Origin: a virus
DNA length: 64,000 nt
Virus record (IMG/VR): IMGVR_UViG_3300025168_000039
Coordinates: 32,001 to 96,000 of that record
Reading direction: 5' to 3' (one strand)
The notes below the pieces were generated by a model. The model saw only the letters and a program-made list of their open reading frames with translations. It made no database searches and was not told where the DNA came from. The position numbers were made by a program, and so were the translations under genes. This document shows positions 29,213-38,451 of this stretch, in pieces (positions within the stretch are counted from its first letter, which is position 1; every line of letters begins with the position of its first letter).

Positions 29213-30919
29213 TTAGTTAATAAACTTTTGTAAAGAATCTCCATATTTATCTTTAAGTAGACTAGTATTAGTAGAAGTATCTCCTGCGTAAATAATATTA
29301 TTTTTATTATCTATTCCTAAAGAATGACCCCATCTAACTTTTAATGAACCAATTTTTAGTTTATTGTCTCTATAATCTTCATCAGATGTATAATCATATA
29401 TATAATCTTTTGCCGTAAACTTATAGCTTTTCAATGTATCTTTAAGTTTTTTATCAGGATTCATTACAGACCACTTTTGAAAATTATCTGTTCTAAAGAA
29501 ATGACGAACATTATTAATATTATTACTATTTTTAACCATAGCTAATGAACGATAAGATACTTCTTCCCATTTTAAATTAAAATTCCACCACCAAAATAAA
29601 TCTTTAATAGACGATATTGTATATGGACATTTAGAATTAAACAATTTGATATCCTCAATATCATTAGGATATTTATTTTTAATAAACTCATCTACTGTCA
29701 TTTTTAATATTTCAGGATGAGATATAAATCCTGATGATCCAAAAAGTTGATCACCACATTCTCCTGTAATTGTTAAACCTTTATTTAAATTATCCGCAAT
29801 ATGTCTTATAACTGGAGAATAAAAAGGTTTATCCATATAATATTTATTAGCATCTCTCTCTGTCATTAAGACTTCTTCTGTTTGAATTTTATCTTTAATA
29901 TAATTATTCCAAAATAAAGGATACTCTTCAATAGAATTTAAAGTATAGATAATTTTTAATTTATCATGCCAATCAGAAGGTTTACTTTTTAGTAAACTTA
30001 CCAGAGCTACTGTACTATCTATTCCTCCGCTCCAATATACTTTTAATTCTTTATCTTCATTCCAAAGCTCTACACCTTTTTCATCTGCTACTTCTGCAAA
30101 GGATTTTGTAAATCCTGTTGCATCAGGTATAGGACTTGCTTCTAATTTTAAGTTACTTGTTAAAGTATTTGTTCTATCATTTGGAGTCCAAAGACAATGA
30201 ATAGCTTCTCCGATTAAATCTAGTGTTGTTTTTTTATATTCTCCTGATCCAACTCTTAAAAAATCTGGACGAGCAATAATAAGTTTATCACCTAATATAT
30301 CTGTTGACTTATCTACTGAAGATGTATTTTCAAAATTAAATATACTTGTAAATTTATCTAAAACTTTAATGCTACAATCAATATCTAAATAATTAAACAC
30401 ATTTCTAATTTGTCCTACACCTACGGCAGTATGTAAAAGAACTGAACATTCTACACATTCCTCTTCAGGCACAGGATTAATAAATATATCTTGATCATTC
30501 AATATGTCTACACAAGTTTGCGGGTCAGAAGCATTTAAAATTTCTTGTCTTTTAGTTTTATATAATTCTTCAACAAATAATCTAGATGCATTTTTTTTAA
30601 ACTGATCTAATGCATCAGTAGCTTTATCTTCTACTGTATCTCCTAAAATAGTAGTCGCTTGATCTTTAGTTATTTCTGATCGAAGAAACTGTTCAACTTG
30701 TGTCATGCTCTTAGGCTCTGGAAAATACCAATTTATATTTCTTACATATTGATCATCAAATCTTTCTAACACAACTTTTTTAACAGTCGCTAAATCTTTC
30801 CACTGCTCTTCAAAAGCTGTCTTAGCTTCATTAAGAACCATAACTTTTAAACCAATATCAGAAGGTGACTTGTCACTTCCTGGTAAAGGATTGTCCCTTT
30901 TTTTTAATACTAGACTCAT
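29213..30919 (-). CDS. Asparagine-synthetase-like ATP pyrophosphatase (no glutaminase domain) with an unknown N-terminal domain
   Basis: PP-loop VYWSGGIDST and ITGECGDQLFGS. Confidence 0.75.
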   Translation of the reverse strand: MSLVLKKRDNPLPGSDKSPSDIGLKVMVLNEAKTAFEEQWKDLATVKKVVLERFDDQYVRNINWYFPEPKSMTQVEQFLRSEITKDQATTILGDTVEDKATDALDQFKKNASRLFVEELYKTKRQEILNASDPQTCVDILNDQDIFINPVPEEECVECSVLLHTAVGVGQIRNVFNYLDIDCSIKVLDKFTSIFNFENTSSVDKSTDILGDKLIIARPDFLRVGSGEYKKTTLDLIGEAIHCLWTPNDRTNTLTSNLKLEASPIPDATGFTKSFAEVADEKGVELWNEDKELKVYWSGGIDSTVALVSLLKSKPSDWHDKLKIIYTLNSIEEYPLFWNNYIKDKIQTEEVLMTERDANKYYMDKPFYSPVIRHIADNLNKGLTITGECGDQLFGSSGFISHPEILKMTVDEFIKNKYPNDIEDIKLFNSKCPYTISSIKDLFWWWNFNLKWEEVSYRSLAMVKNSNNINNVRHFFRTDNFQKWSVMNPDKKLKDTLKSYKFTAKDYIYDYTSDEDYRDNKLKIGSLKVRWGHSLGIDNKNNIIYAGDTSTNTSLLKDKYGDSLQKFIN

Positions 30920-31045
30920 TTTGTAAAACTTTCTTCCAGTTGATGAAGTTGAACTATTACTCTAACCTGTTCTGTAGAATATGCAAAACAACCATAAAAG
31001 GCAAAACACAAACCTAAAACTTTAAACGTATTTATTATATATTTT

Positions 31046-31630
31046 TTATACTGCATGAGTTCCTAACATCATAGGATGGTTAAACTCGTCATTAGTACTA
31101 GACCATATATGCATTGGAACAACAATTAAATCTTGGTTATCTGTTTCAAAGTGATGTGGCTCCATAGCATCTAAGATTAAAGTTTTTCCTTCAATTAATT
31201 TATGTTTCTCTGTATTAGAACCTACACCTGAAACTGCTGTACCGCTTCCTGATAAAACATATACCACTCTATCTGTCGAATGAATATGATGTTTTTGTTC
31301 TGAACATCCGGCGGGTATCTTTAATAGTTGCATACAAGGATCACCAGATCGAATTGGAGGTAAAATATTGTTAGTGCTGCATCCATTAATATATGGTAGA
31401 TAAGTGTTTAAATTAATTTCAGCAGTTCTGTTTGGTGGTATATACCCGTATATAGTAATAATAACTCTACCAAAACATACGCCCCAATTTTTGACTGATA
31501 CACTTTCTTTATTTATAATCCATGCTGAACTATTTTTAGGTATTTTATATTCGTTTCCTGAAGTATCTACTTCGTAGTAGTATAAACTATTTTGTTTTGG
31601 AATGTAACTACGATTATTTAAAAATAACAT
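31046..31630 (-). CDS. Cupin-domain protein
   Basis: HHIHSTDRVVYVLSGSG and G..L.L....PHHFET metal-binding motifs. Confidence 0.8.
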   Translation of the reverse strand: MLFLNNRSYIPKQNSLYYYEVDTSGNEYKIPKNSSAWIINKESVSVKNWGVCFGRVIITIYGYIPPNRTAEINLNTYLPYINGCSTNNILPPIRSGDPCMQLLKIPAGCSEQKHHIHSTDRVVYVLSGSGTAVSGVGSNTEKHKLIEGKTLILDAMEPHHFETDNQDLIVVPMHIWSSTNDEFNHPMMLGTHAV

Positions 31631-32386
31631 CTATGATGTAGCTCCAAAAACATTTCCACTATTTGTTACATTTACTGTTGCACCTGAATTTAATCTAACT
31701 GCTTTTCCTGCTGCTCCTCCTGATCCACCTGAGCCAGCGACTCTACAGTTTGCATTTCCACCAGGACCACTACCACCAGCGCCGCCATTACCTACATTAC
31801 CCCAAGTTCCCCCAGTTCCTCCTGTTGAGGCTCCACCTGAAGAACCACTAGTTGCACTATTTGTGGGAGGATCATTAATACTTGCACCAGCACCTCCATT
31901 ACCTCCTGTTAAATTAGTGCAATCACTACAACTCTGCGCTTCAGAATCATAGGTAGTACAACTACGGTAGCCACCACCACCACCGCCGCCTCCACCACCG
32001 CCAGCAATGTTTGCACCAGAATTATTTCTAACACTTGCTGAAATATTTTCTAAGCTAATTGCATCTCCACCGTCTCCAGCAGCACCGCCATTACTACCAC
32101 TACCACCACCACCACCTGCACTACCTCCTCTACCAATAATATTACCATTATTAATTAAAGTAAAATTACTACCGGCAACAAGATGAGCAGTTAAAGCTGG
32201 TACATTACTAAGCTGACTAAAAACATTTACACCACTATTAACAATAACTGTTGCATCAATAGGGTCTATACCGTTCCAATCGTAACTACCTTGCAACACA
32301 TTAGACAGATTATAATTTTCTGTATCTGAAGATATAATTAATGATTGACCTGTAGGTCTTCTGTTTGCAAAAAATAAAAATGGCAT
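31631..32386 (-). CDS. Polyglycine adhesin, T-even gp38-like
   Basis: LINNGNIIGRGG...GGDAI...NN.GANIAGGGGGGGGGG...GAAGKAV...N.GNVFG. Confidence 0.72.
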   Translation of the reverse strand: MPFLFFANRRPTGQSLIISSDTENYNLSNVLQGSYDWNGIDPIDATVIVNSGVNVFSQLSNVPALTAHLVAGSNFTLINNGNIIGRGGSAGGGGGSGSNGGAAGDGGDAISLENISASVRNNSGANIAGGGGGGGGGGGYRSCTTYDSEAQSCSDCTNLTGGNGGAGASINDPPTNSATSGSSGGASTGGTGGTWGNVGNGGAGGSGPGGNANCRVAGSGGSGGAAGKAVRLNSGATVNVTNSGNVFGATS

Positions 32387-32400
32387 TAATTAATTCCTAT

Positions 32401-33183
32401 TTAACTTGTAGCCCCGAAAACATTTCCAGAATTATTAAAAGTATTAGTCGCACCTGAGCCAACATTAATCGCTTTACCCGCTGCTCCTCCAGCACCACCT
32501 GCCTGATTTGTTTTACAGGATGCTGGGTTCGATGCAGAACCTGCTGCACCTGCTGATCCTGTAGCCCCCCAACCGCCACCAGCACCGCCCGTACCGCCTG
32601 TACCGCCTCCTGAACCACCTGAAGAACCATTTGTCGGTGTATTGGTAGCAGGAGTATCAGAACTTGCTCCTATCCCACCGTTACCACCAGTAAAACTTGA
32701 TTGACCACTACATGCGCCAGTTTCTTCATTGTGACTTCCTGCGCCTCGACCACCGCCGCCTCCTCCGCCGCCACCGCCTCCTCCAGCAATATTAGCTCCT
32801 GAAGCATTATTAATTATTCCAGTTAGATTACTCAATTCTATAGCGTTACCACCAGCCGCACCTGCGGCACCAGCCGCATTAGCACCACCACCAGTACCTT
32901 GTACTCCACCATGAGCAGCTATAGTTCCTGAGTTATTTATAGTTAGATTACTACCGGATACTAATATGGCTGCAATAGCAGGTGTAGAGGCTACAGATGC
33001 TCTAATGTTTACACCTGAATTAATATTGAGTATAACATCAATAGCAGTAGACCCATCCCAACTATAATTATTTGTAAGGTCATTAGCTAAATTATAATTA
33101 GTTGCATTAGAAGAAAGTGTAATAACAGTTCCGCTAGAAAATACTGTAGTACCACCTTGAACTATAGGTAGTGGAAAAGTCAT
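32401..33183 (-). CDS. Polyglycine adhesin, gp38-like (paralog)
   Basis: Same architecture and identical C-terminus NSGNVFGATS. Confidence 0.72.
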   Translation of the reverse strand: MTFPLPIVQGGTTVFSSGTVITLSSNATNYNLANDLTNNYSWDGSTAIDVILNINSGVNIRASVASTPAIAAILVSGSNLTINNSGTIAAHGGVQGTGGGANAAGAAGAAGGNAIELSNLTGIINNASGANIAGGGGGGGGGGGGRGAGSHNEETGACSGQSSFTGGNGGIGASSDTPATNTPTNGSSGGSGGGTGGTGGAGGGWGATGSAGAAGSASNPASCKTNQAGGAGGAAGKAINVGSGATNTFNNSGNVFGATS

Positions 33184-33184
33184 G

Positions 33185-35059
33185 TTACTGTAATGCCTTT
33201 ACGGTTAGCATTGAAAATGTAGTTGAACCATCATTTATTCTTGTAATATAGAAAAAGAACTCATGTCCATTTGTAGTTGTTAAACTATCTCCATCTGTAA
33301 CAGTATAACCAGAAGTAGTTATAGTTCCTGCACTTCCATTATTTTTATATAAAATTATCATTGTACAGTTTTTAGCAGGAACAGCTAATGTATGTGCGCC
33401 ACCATTAATTGCATGTTGGAAGTTTCCGTCGTCAACATCAGGTGTATAAGTGCCGCTAGACTTTGTACCTGCACTATGAGCAGCAGCACTAAAGCCAGCG
33501 GTTAATTCATCCGCCTCATCTGCTTTTAAAATATCAGCATTAAAAGCTTCAACATTACTTCCAATTGCTACTCCAAGATTTGTTCTAGCCGTACTAGCAT
33601 TATTTAAATCTGAAAGGTTACTAGCAATAACTAATCTAGTTCCAATACTTGTTGCTAGTGTTGCAGATAAGGCTACCGCAAAGTTACTAACAGAAGTTAT
33701 ACGAGTATTAGCTGTTCCAATGCTGGTTGCAAGGGTGGCAGAAAGATTTGTAATAACTGTATTGACAGATGTTATAGCTCCTGTTCTATTATTAATACTT
33801 GTAGCCAGAGTTGCAGACAGTGCAACTGCATAATCACTAACAGAAGTTATACGAGTGTTTGCAGTTCCAATGCTTGTAGCAAGAGCAGCAGATACAGTAG
33901 CTAATTGTGAAGGTGTTACAAAACCTGAACCATTTCCAACAACACCATTAATAGAAGTAATAGCAGCAGTTCTATTTCCAATACTGGTAGCCATTGTAGC
34001 TGAAAGAGCTACTGCATAATCACTAACAGAAGTTATACGAGTGTTTGCAGTTCCTATACTAGTAGCCATTGTAGCTGAAAGAGCTACTGCATAATCACTT
34101 ACAGATGTTATGCGAGTATTAGCTGTTCCTATACTAGTAGCCATTGTAGCTGAGAGAGCAACTGCAAAGTCACTAACAGATGTTATTCTTGTATTAGCTG
34201 TAGCAATACTAGTGGCTAAAGCAGCAGATACGGTTGCTAGTTCTGCACTGGTAGCATAATTTCCACCATCACCTATAATAGAATTAATACTTGTGATAGC
34301 ATTAAGATTAGTTTTTGTAAGAGCAGATACAGCAGCAACTTCTGTTACATTTGCGGCTGATACTCCTGCCATTAATAGTTCGTCAGAATCAATATTAGTA
34401 GCACTTAAAATTCCAAAGACTGCGGAGCCTGTTGCTACAAAAGCAGTACTAACAGAAACTGTACCAAAGTTTTGATTGGCAGAGACAGCCACAACACCAC
34501 TAACAGGAATAGAACTAGATACAGCACCACCTACAGTCATTTTAATACCTGTACCAGCGTCTACTCGTTTCATAGTACCACCTTCTGCTGATGGAACATT
34601 TATTAGATTACGTCCATCTCCTACAAAAAATGCAGCAGAAACAATTCCTGTAATCGTTGCTGCAGATGCAGAAACTTTAGCAACATGAATTGTAGTACCA
34701 GATAGGCTAACAGCAAAAGTTGGATTACCTTCTGTACCATTTGCATTTGTAATTGCAATACCTGCTCCGGCAGTTAGTGTTCTACCTAAAGCATTACCGC
34801 CACTAACTGCAACAATACCTGTTATACCTGTAAGATCAGTAATAGCATTAATAGCTGATGCATTAGCTGTAATCGCTTGACCATTAAGTTTAAATGTTCC
34901 ATTAACATCTACAGCACTCTTACTTAACTTTAAAGCTGAGTTTTCTCCTGATCCATCTTGAACATATTGTTCTGTCGAGGTTAAACCATCATTACCTGAT
35001 CCAACTTGCAGGAGTTGTTTATATGTGTTTGCAATTAAATTTCCAGTAAGTGTACTCAT
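33185..35059 (-). CDS. Tail fibre with ~22-aa coiled-coil repeats
   Basis: Repeats TSIGTANTRITSVSD(Y/F)AVALSAT; NLSDLNNASTARTNLG. Confidence 0.8.
   Translation of the reverse strand: MSTLTGNLIANTYKQLLQVGSGNDGLTSTEQYVQDGSGENSALKLSKSAVDVNGTFKLNGQAITANASAINAITDLTGITGIVAVSGGNALGRTLTAGAGIAITNANGTEGNPTFAVSLSGTTIHVAKVSASAATITGIVSAAFFVGDGRNLINVPSAEGGTMKRVDAGTGIKMTVGGAVSSSIPVSGVVAVSANQNFGTVSVSTAFVATGSAVFGILSATNIDSDELLMAGVSAANVTEVAAVSALTKTNLNAITSINSIIGDGGNYATSAELATVSAALATSIATANTRITSVSDFAVALSATMATSIGTANTRITSVSDYAVALSATMATSIGTANTRITSVSDYAVALSATMATSIGNRTAAITSINGVVGNGSGFVTPSQLATVSAALATSIGTANTRITSVSDYAVALSATLATSINNRTGAITSVNTVITNLSATLATSIGTANTRITSVSNFAVALSATLATSIGTRLVIASNLSDLNNASTARTNLGVAIGSNVEAFNADILKADEADELTAGFSAAAHSAGTKSSGTYTPDVDDGNFQHAINGGAHTLAVPAKNCTMIILYKNNGSAGTITTSGYTVTDGDSLTTTNGHEFFFYITRINDGSTTFSMLTVKALQ
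33646..34215 (-). repeat. ~66-bp degenerate tandem repeats in the tail fibre
   Basis: Recurrent ACTAACAGAAGTTATACGAGT... units encoding the 22-aa repeat. Confidence 0.8.
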
Positions 35060-35337
35060 TAAACCTGATTCCATTCAGTTGTTTCATTTTCCCATTCAGT
35101 ACCCGCTGCTTGCCAAGCAATATTTCTATCATTATTAGATGGGGGTCTGGGATTACGAAGTGTTTCGTCATCTCTTACATTAGGTGTTTTATTTTGTGGA
35201 TGGTTTTTTAAATCATACTGACCTTCCCAATCAGTTGGACAAACCATCATTCCATAACTATTCTTTTTTAATACTCTAAGAGGATATTGAAATCCACAAG
35301 TATCGCAAATTGCTTTAGCATTTTTATTTGTTGCCAT
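35059..35337 (-). CDS. Conserved small virion-associated protein with CxxC
   Basis: AICDTCGF...VCP...HPQN..P. Confidence 0.7.
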   Translation of the reverse strand: MATNKNAKAICDTCGFQYPLRVLKKNSYGMMVCPTDWEGQYDLKNHPQNKTPNVRDDETLRNPRPPSNNDRNIAWQAAGTEWENETTEWNQV

Positions 35338-35351
35338 ATTAAAGACTCGCT

Positions 35352-36026
35352 CTAAATATAACCAAGTCTAGGTCTAATATACATACTAGCTCTTTCTCTA
35401 TCTTCAACATTTGCTCGTTCAAGAAGTTCCTCATAGTTTTGTTTTAGCATAGTTATTCTACCTGGATCAATCTTTGGTCTTTTCATTGACATATAATATG
35501 CAAGACCCGCTGTTAAACAAGGAAGAAATCTTTTAGAGATATCAGCATTCTGTCCTGCAGATTTATTAATATCTTGAAACTCGCTAATCTTTTCTACTTT
35601 TAAAGTATCTGTTGAATTTTCAGGAATAGGCCAAAGAAATATAGTTGGGTTATCTCTGTTTCTCTTTACAGTAAACTGTGTTGGTCTACCTGTCTGTCCC
35701 TTTCTTGGAACTTGTAAATATTCTTCAAAAGAAATACGAGTTAAAGGAAGATCAGTATTATCTCTATTTAATATAACTTGAAGAGTATCAATAGTTGAAT
35801 CACTAAGAGGATATGCGGTGGTGCTAGTTGTAAGGGAAATAACAGATGTCTCTGTTGTCCATAAAAGAATTTCTCTATTCTGCCAATCTTTTAACATTAG
35901 ATTTAAAGAGCGACGAGCAGAAGCTGGTTCATGGCCTAGCGTTTGCTCTCCACCAATCATCTCTATTGCTTCTTGAATAACGTCATCAATATCTAAATTG
36001 AACGTAAATGTTTCACTAGTCGCCAT
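35352..36026 (-). CDS. Head-tail adaptor / tail tubular A-like protein
   Basis: ARRSLNLM...W.NR, K.QTGRPTQF, LWP.P, RFLPCL.AGLAYY. Confidence 0.7.
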   Translation of the reverse strand: MATSETFTFNLDIDDVIQEAIEMIGGEQTLGHEPASARRSLNLMLKDWQNREILLWTTETSVISLTTSTTAYPLSDSTIDTLQVILNRDNTDLPLTRISFEEYLQVPRKGQTGRPTQFTVKRNRDNPTIFLWPIPENSTDTLKVEKISEFQDINKSAGQNADISKRFLPCLTAGLAYYMSMKRPKIDPGRITMLKQNYEELLERANVEDRERASMYIRPRLGYI

Positions 36027-36031
36027 TTAAC

Positions 36032-36244
36032 TTATCCCTTTTTACTTTTAACTTTATACATAGCTTTTGCCATTTTGCCACCTGCTTTGTTTTTAGCAGC
36101 ATTAGACAAGTCCTTAAAGTGCATCACCTTCTTTGATGCTTTAGTATGTGTTTTGCCACTATGGATTGATTGGTCCGGCATCTTATGAACTTCACCATAG
36201 TAGGGTGTACCATCTTTAATAAAATGTGTCTTGCCTTTAGCCAT
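36032..36244 (-). CDS. Small basic His-rich protein
   Basis: HF.KDG..Y.G..HKM...HSGKTH. Confidence 0.65.
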   Translation of the reverse strand: MAKGKTHFIKDGTPYYGEVHKMPDQSIHSGKTHTKASKKVMHFKDLSNAAKNKAGGKMAKAMYKVKSKKG

Positions 36245-36556
36245 CTAACACTTCCATCTTTTTCTAGCTTGCCTAAGTCTTGAGTTAGGATTCTTAGCTG
36301 CTTTGGGAAATTTTTTCATTTGTCCTGCTGATCTAGCACAGTAACTTTTACGTCTTGTTGCTCTCTTACCAGTAGGTTTAGATTCAGTAACGGCTGTTTT
36401 AAGTTTACTACCAGGATTTTGTCTACGATACTTAGCTACTCCTTTAGCCGTTAGACCAGCACCAGACTTAGTAGGACGTTTATGACCACCACCGATAGTC
36501 ATCCCTTTCATGCCTGTGCCTTTCCGTACACTTTTCTTTTTTGTTCTTATTGCCAT
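36245..36556 (-). CDS. Highly basic conserved phage protein
   Basis: GLTAKGVAKYR...RRKSYCARS...PNSRLRQARKRWKC. Confidence 0.7.
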   Translation of the reverse strand: MAIRTKKKSVRKGTGMKGMTIGGGHKRPTKSGAGLTAKGVAKYRRQNPGSKLKTAVTESKPTGKRATRRKSYCARSAGQMKKFPKAAKNPNSRLRQARKRWKC

Positions 36557-36563
36557 TCTGTAC

Positions 36564-37031
36564 CTATTTATCTTTCATAGCTTTACCAAAACCTTTTTTA
36601 GCTACTCCACATCCTCTAGGTTTAATTGAACCACCTTTAGATTTAAAAGTTTTAACCATCGTAGGTTTACCTCCTACACCTTGAGGTTTACTTCTTTTTC
36701 TTTTAACAGCAGATTTTTTTTCTGAAGCCGTCATGTTTTTTGCTTTAGCAAGTGGTACACACTTAGGATATTTTCTTTTACTTTCTTTAGTAGACTTTCT
36801 ACCACAAGGTTGATACTTACCATTCTTTTTAGGAGCGCCTATGTCTACCCACTTCTCGCCTACCCATTCTCTAAGACCGCCTCCTTTTTTCTTCTTAACA
36901 ACCTTTTTCTTTCCACCAGGAGTTACTTTGCCACTACAAACTGCAGACGCATACATATTAGCATAAGCTGATGGGTAAACATCAAACTTTCTTTTTGCTG
37001 CTGCTTTTCCTTTTGGACAAAGTTTAGCCAT
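36564..37031 (-). CDS. Highly basic conserved phage protein
   Basis: KFDVYPSAYAN...GLREW..EKWVD...YPKCVP. Confidence 0.7.
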   Translation of the reverse strand: MAKLCPKGKAAAKRKFDVYPSAYANMYASAVCSGKVTPGGKKKVVKKKKGGGLREWVGEKWVDIGAPKKNGKYQPCGRKSTKESKRKYPKCVPLAKAKNMTASEKKSAVKRKRSKPQGVGGKPTMVKTFKSKGGSIKPRGCGVAKKGFGKAMKDK

Positions 37032-37041
37032 TTTACATTCC

Positions 37042-37758
37042 TTACTTCTTATATGGTCCTTTACCAAAACCTCTTTGTGCTTTTCCACAGCCTACTGGTT
37101 TTAATGTTTTTCCTACTCTACCTCCTTTATTATAATCAGCTACAGGAACTCTAGGAGACTTTTTACTTTTACCAGATGATGATCTCTGTTTATCTTGAGC
37201 TTGTTGTAACAAATCTTTTTGAACATCTATTTCTCTTTTTATCTTTTGAGCATTCCCTATTCTTCTGCCGGGACTAACATTTTTATCAGCAGTAGAATCT
37301 TTTAATTTAACTTTTAGTTCATCTAATCTTTTATTAATTCTTTCTTGTGCTTTTATAGCTTGTCGTGTAGCTTTTTCATTTATAAGTCTACGTTGTCTAG
37401 TAGCTTGCATAACAGAAGTGCCACCACCTTGAGTAACTCTTTCCCCTTGTGTTCCTACTTCATTCATCTTAGAATAGTTAGGTTCAGAAACTATGGATCG
37501 TTTTTCAAGTTTTTCTGCTCTTCTTCTAGTTGGACTATCTGCTGCAAGCACATCAGAGTCTTCGCCTTTTCTAGACTTACCCTTTTTAGAAACACCTTGT
37601 TGATTAAACAAAGCTCCTCCAGTGATTCCCTTTTTACCATTACCGGGAGGTCTTTTTCCACCTGCTGCTGCTGGTCTAGGCTTACTCTTCTTACCAACTC
37701 CTTTTCGGGGTTTCATAGTTTTTGATTTTATTGCAGCCCTTATTAAACTTTTAACCAT
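37042..37758 (-). CDS. Basic, disordered putative internal protein
   Basis: K/R-rich; ends YNKGGRV...GCGKAQRGFGK. Confidence 0.65.
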   Translation of the reverse strand: MVKSLIRAAIKSKTMKPRKGVGKKSKPRPAAAGGKRPPGNGKKGITGGALFNQQGVSKKGKSRKGEDSDVLAADSPTRRRAEKLEKRSIVSEPNYSKMNEVGTQGERVTQGGGTSVMQATRQRRLINEKATRQAIKAQERINKRLDELKVKLKDSTADKNVSPGRRIGNAQKIKREIDVQKDLLQQAQDKQRSSSGKSKKSPRVPVADYNKGGRVGKTLKPVGCGKAQRGFGKGPYKK

Positions 37759-37770
37759 CTTATATCTCCC

Positions 37771-38442
37771 TTAATCTTTTCTAACAGCACCGGCACCTCG
37801 CATGGCTTTGCCACACCCTTTGCCAATACCCTTACCTTTACCCTTACCAACTTTTCCACCTTTGAAAAGTCCTTCAAAGCCACCTAATTCTCGTAACTCA
37901 TCTTCTAAAGCTTTAGTATTAACATTACCATCACCGCCTCGCATCATTCTTTGACCTACATCTGCACCAGATGAGTAGGTTCCTTTATTAGTAACTTGAC
38001 CTTTATTTCCAATACCTGCTAAACCAGACGTTACCATACGTCTAAGTTGTGCAGAAGACATATCTTCTCTTACTGGAGGAAGTTCTTTTGATCTTGCGGG
38101 AGCATTAATTGAAAGTCTTTCTTCAGAGGTTGAACCTGCTCTAGGCGTTTCGATTCCACTGCTTTCAGACATGTCTCGTTTCTGCTGTTTAACCAAACGA
38201 TTCAACTCGCCTTGTTCAGACTTGCTTCTTTTTGGTTCATCTTTCTTCTTAGCTGTTTTCTTCTTAGCTGTTTTTTTCTTAACAGATTTCTTTTTAGAAG
38301 AAGATTCTTTCTTTACAAGCTTCTCAGCTTCTGCACGGGAGATGTCTTTTGATTCCATTAACTCTTTAACTTTATTAGAAGGACGACCTTTTTTACTCTT
38401 TCGACCTCTTTTTAACACTGCGGCTACTATACTTTTTACCAT
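37771..38442 (-). CDS. Basic, disordered putative internal protein
   Basis: KKKTA repeats; ends FKGGKV...GCGKAMRG. Confidence 0.65.
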   Translation of the reverse strand: MVKSIVAAVLKRGRKSKKGRPSNKVKELMESKDISRAEAEKLVKKESSSKKKSVKKKTAKKKTAKKKDEPKRSKSEQGELNRLVKQQKRDMSESSGIETPRAGSTSEERLSINAPARSKELPPVREDMSSAQLRRMVTSGLAGIGNKGQVTNKGTYSSGADVGQRMMRGGDGNVNTKALEDELRELGGFEGLFKGGKVGKGKGKGIGKGCGKAMRGAGAVRKD

Positions 38443-38451
38443 CAATACCTC

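Noticed and set aside
31631-33183. Diversity-generating retroelement template/variable repeat pair
   Set aside because: The two adhesins are diverged full-length paralogs, differences are not adenine-specific, and no reverse transcriptase is present.
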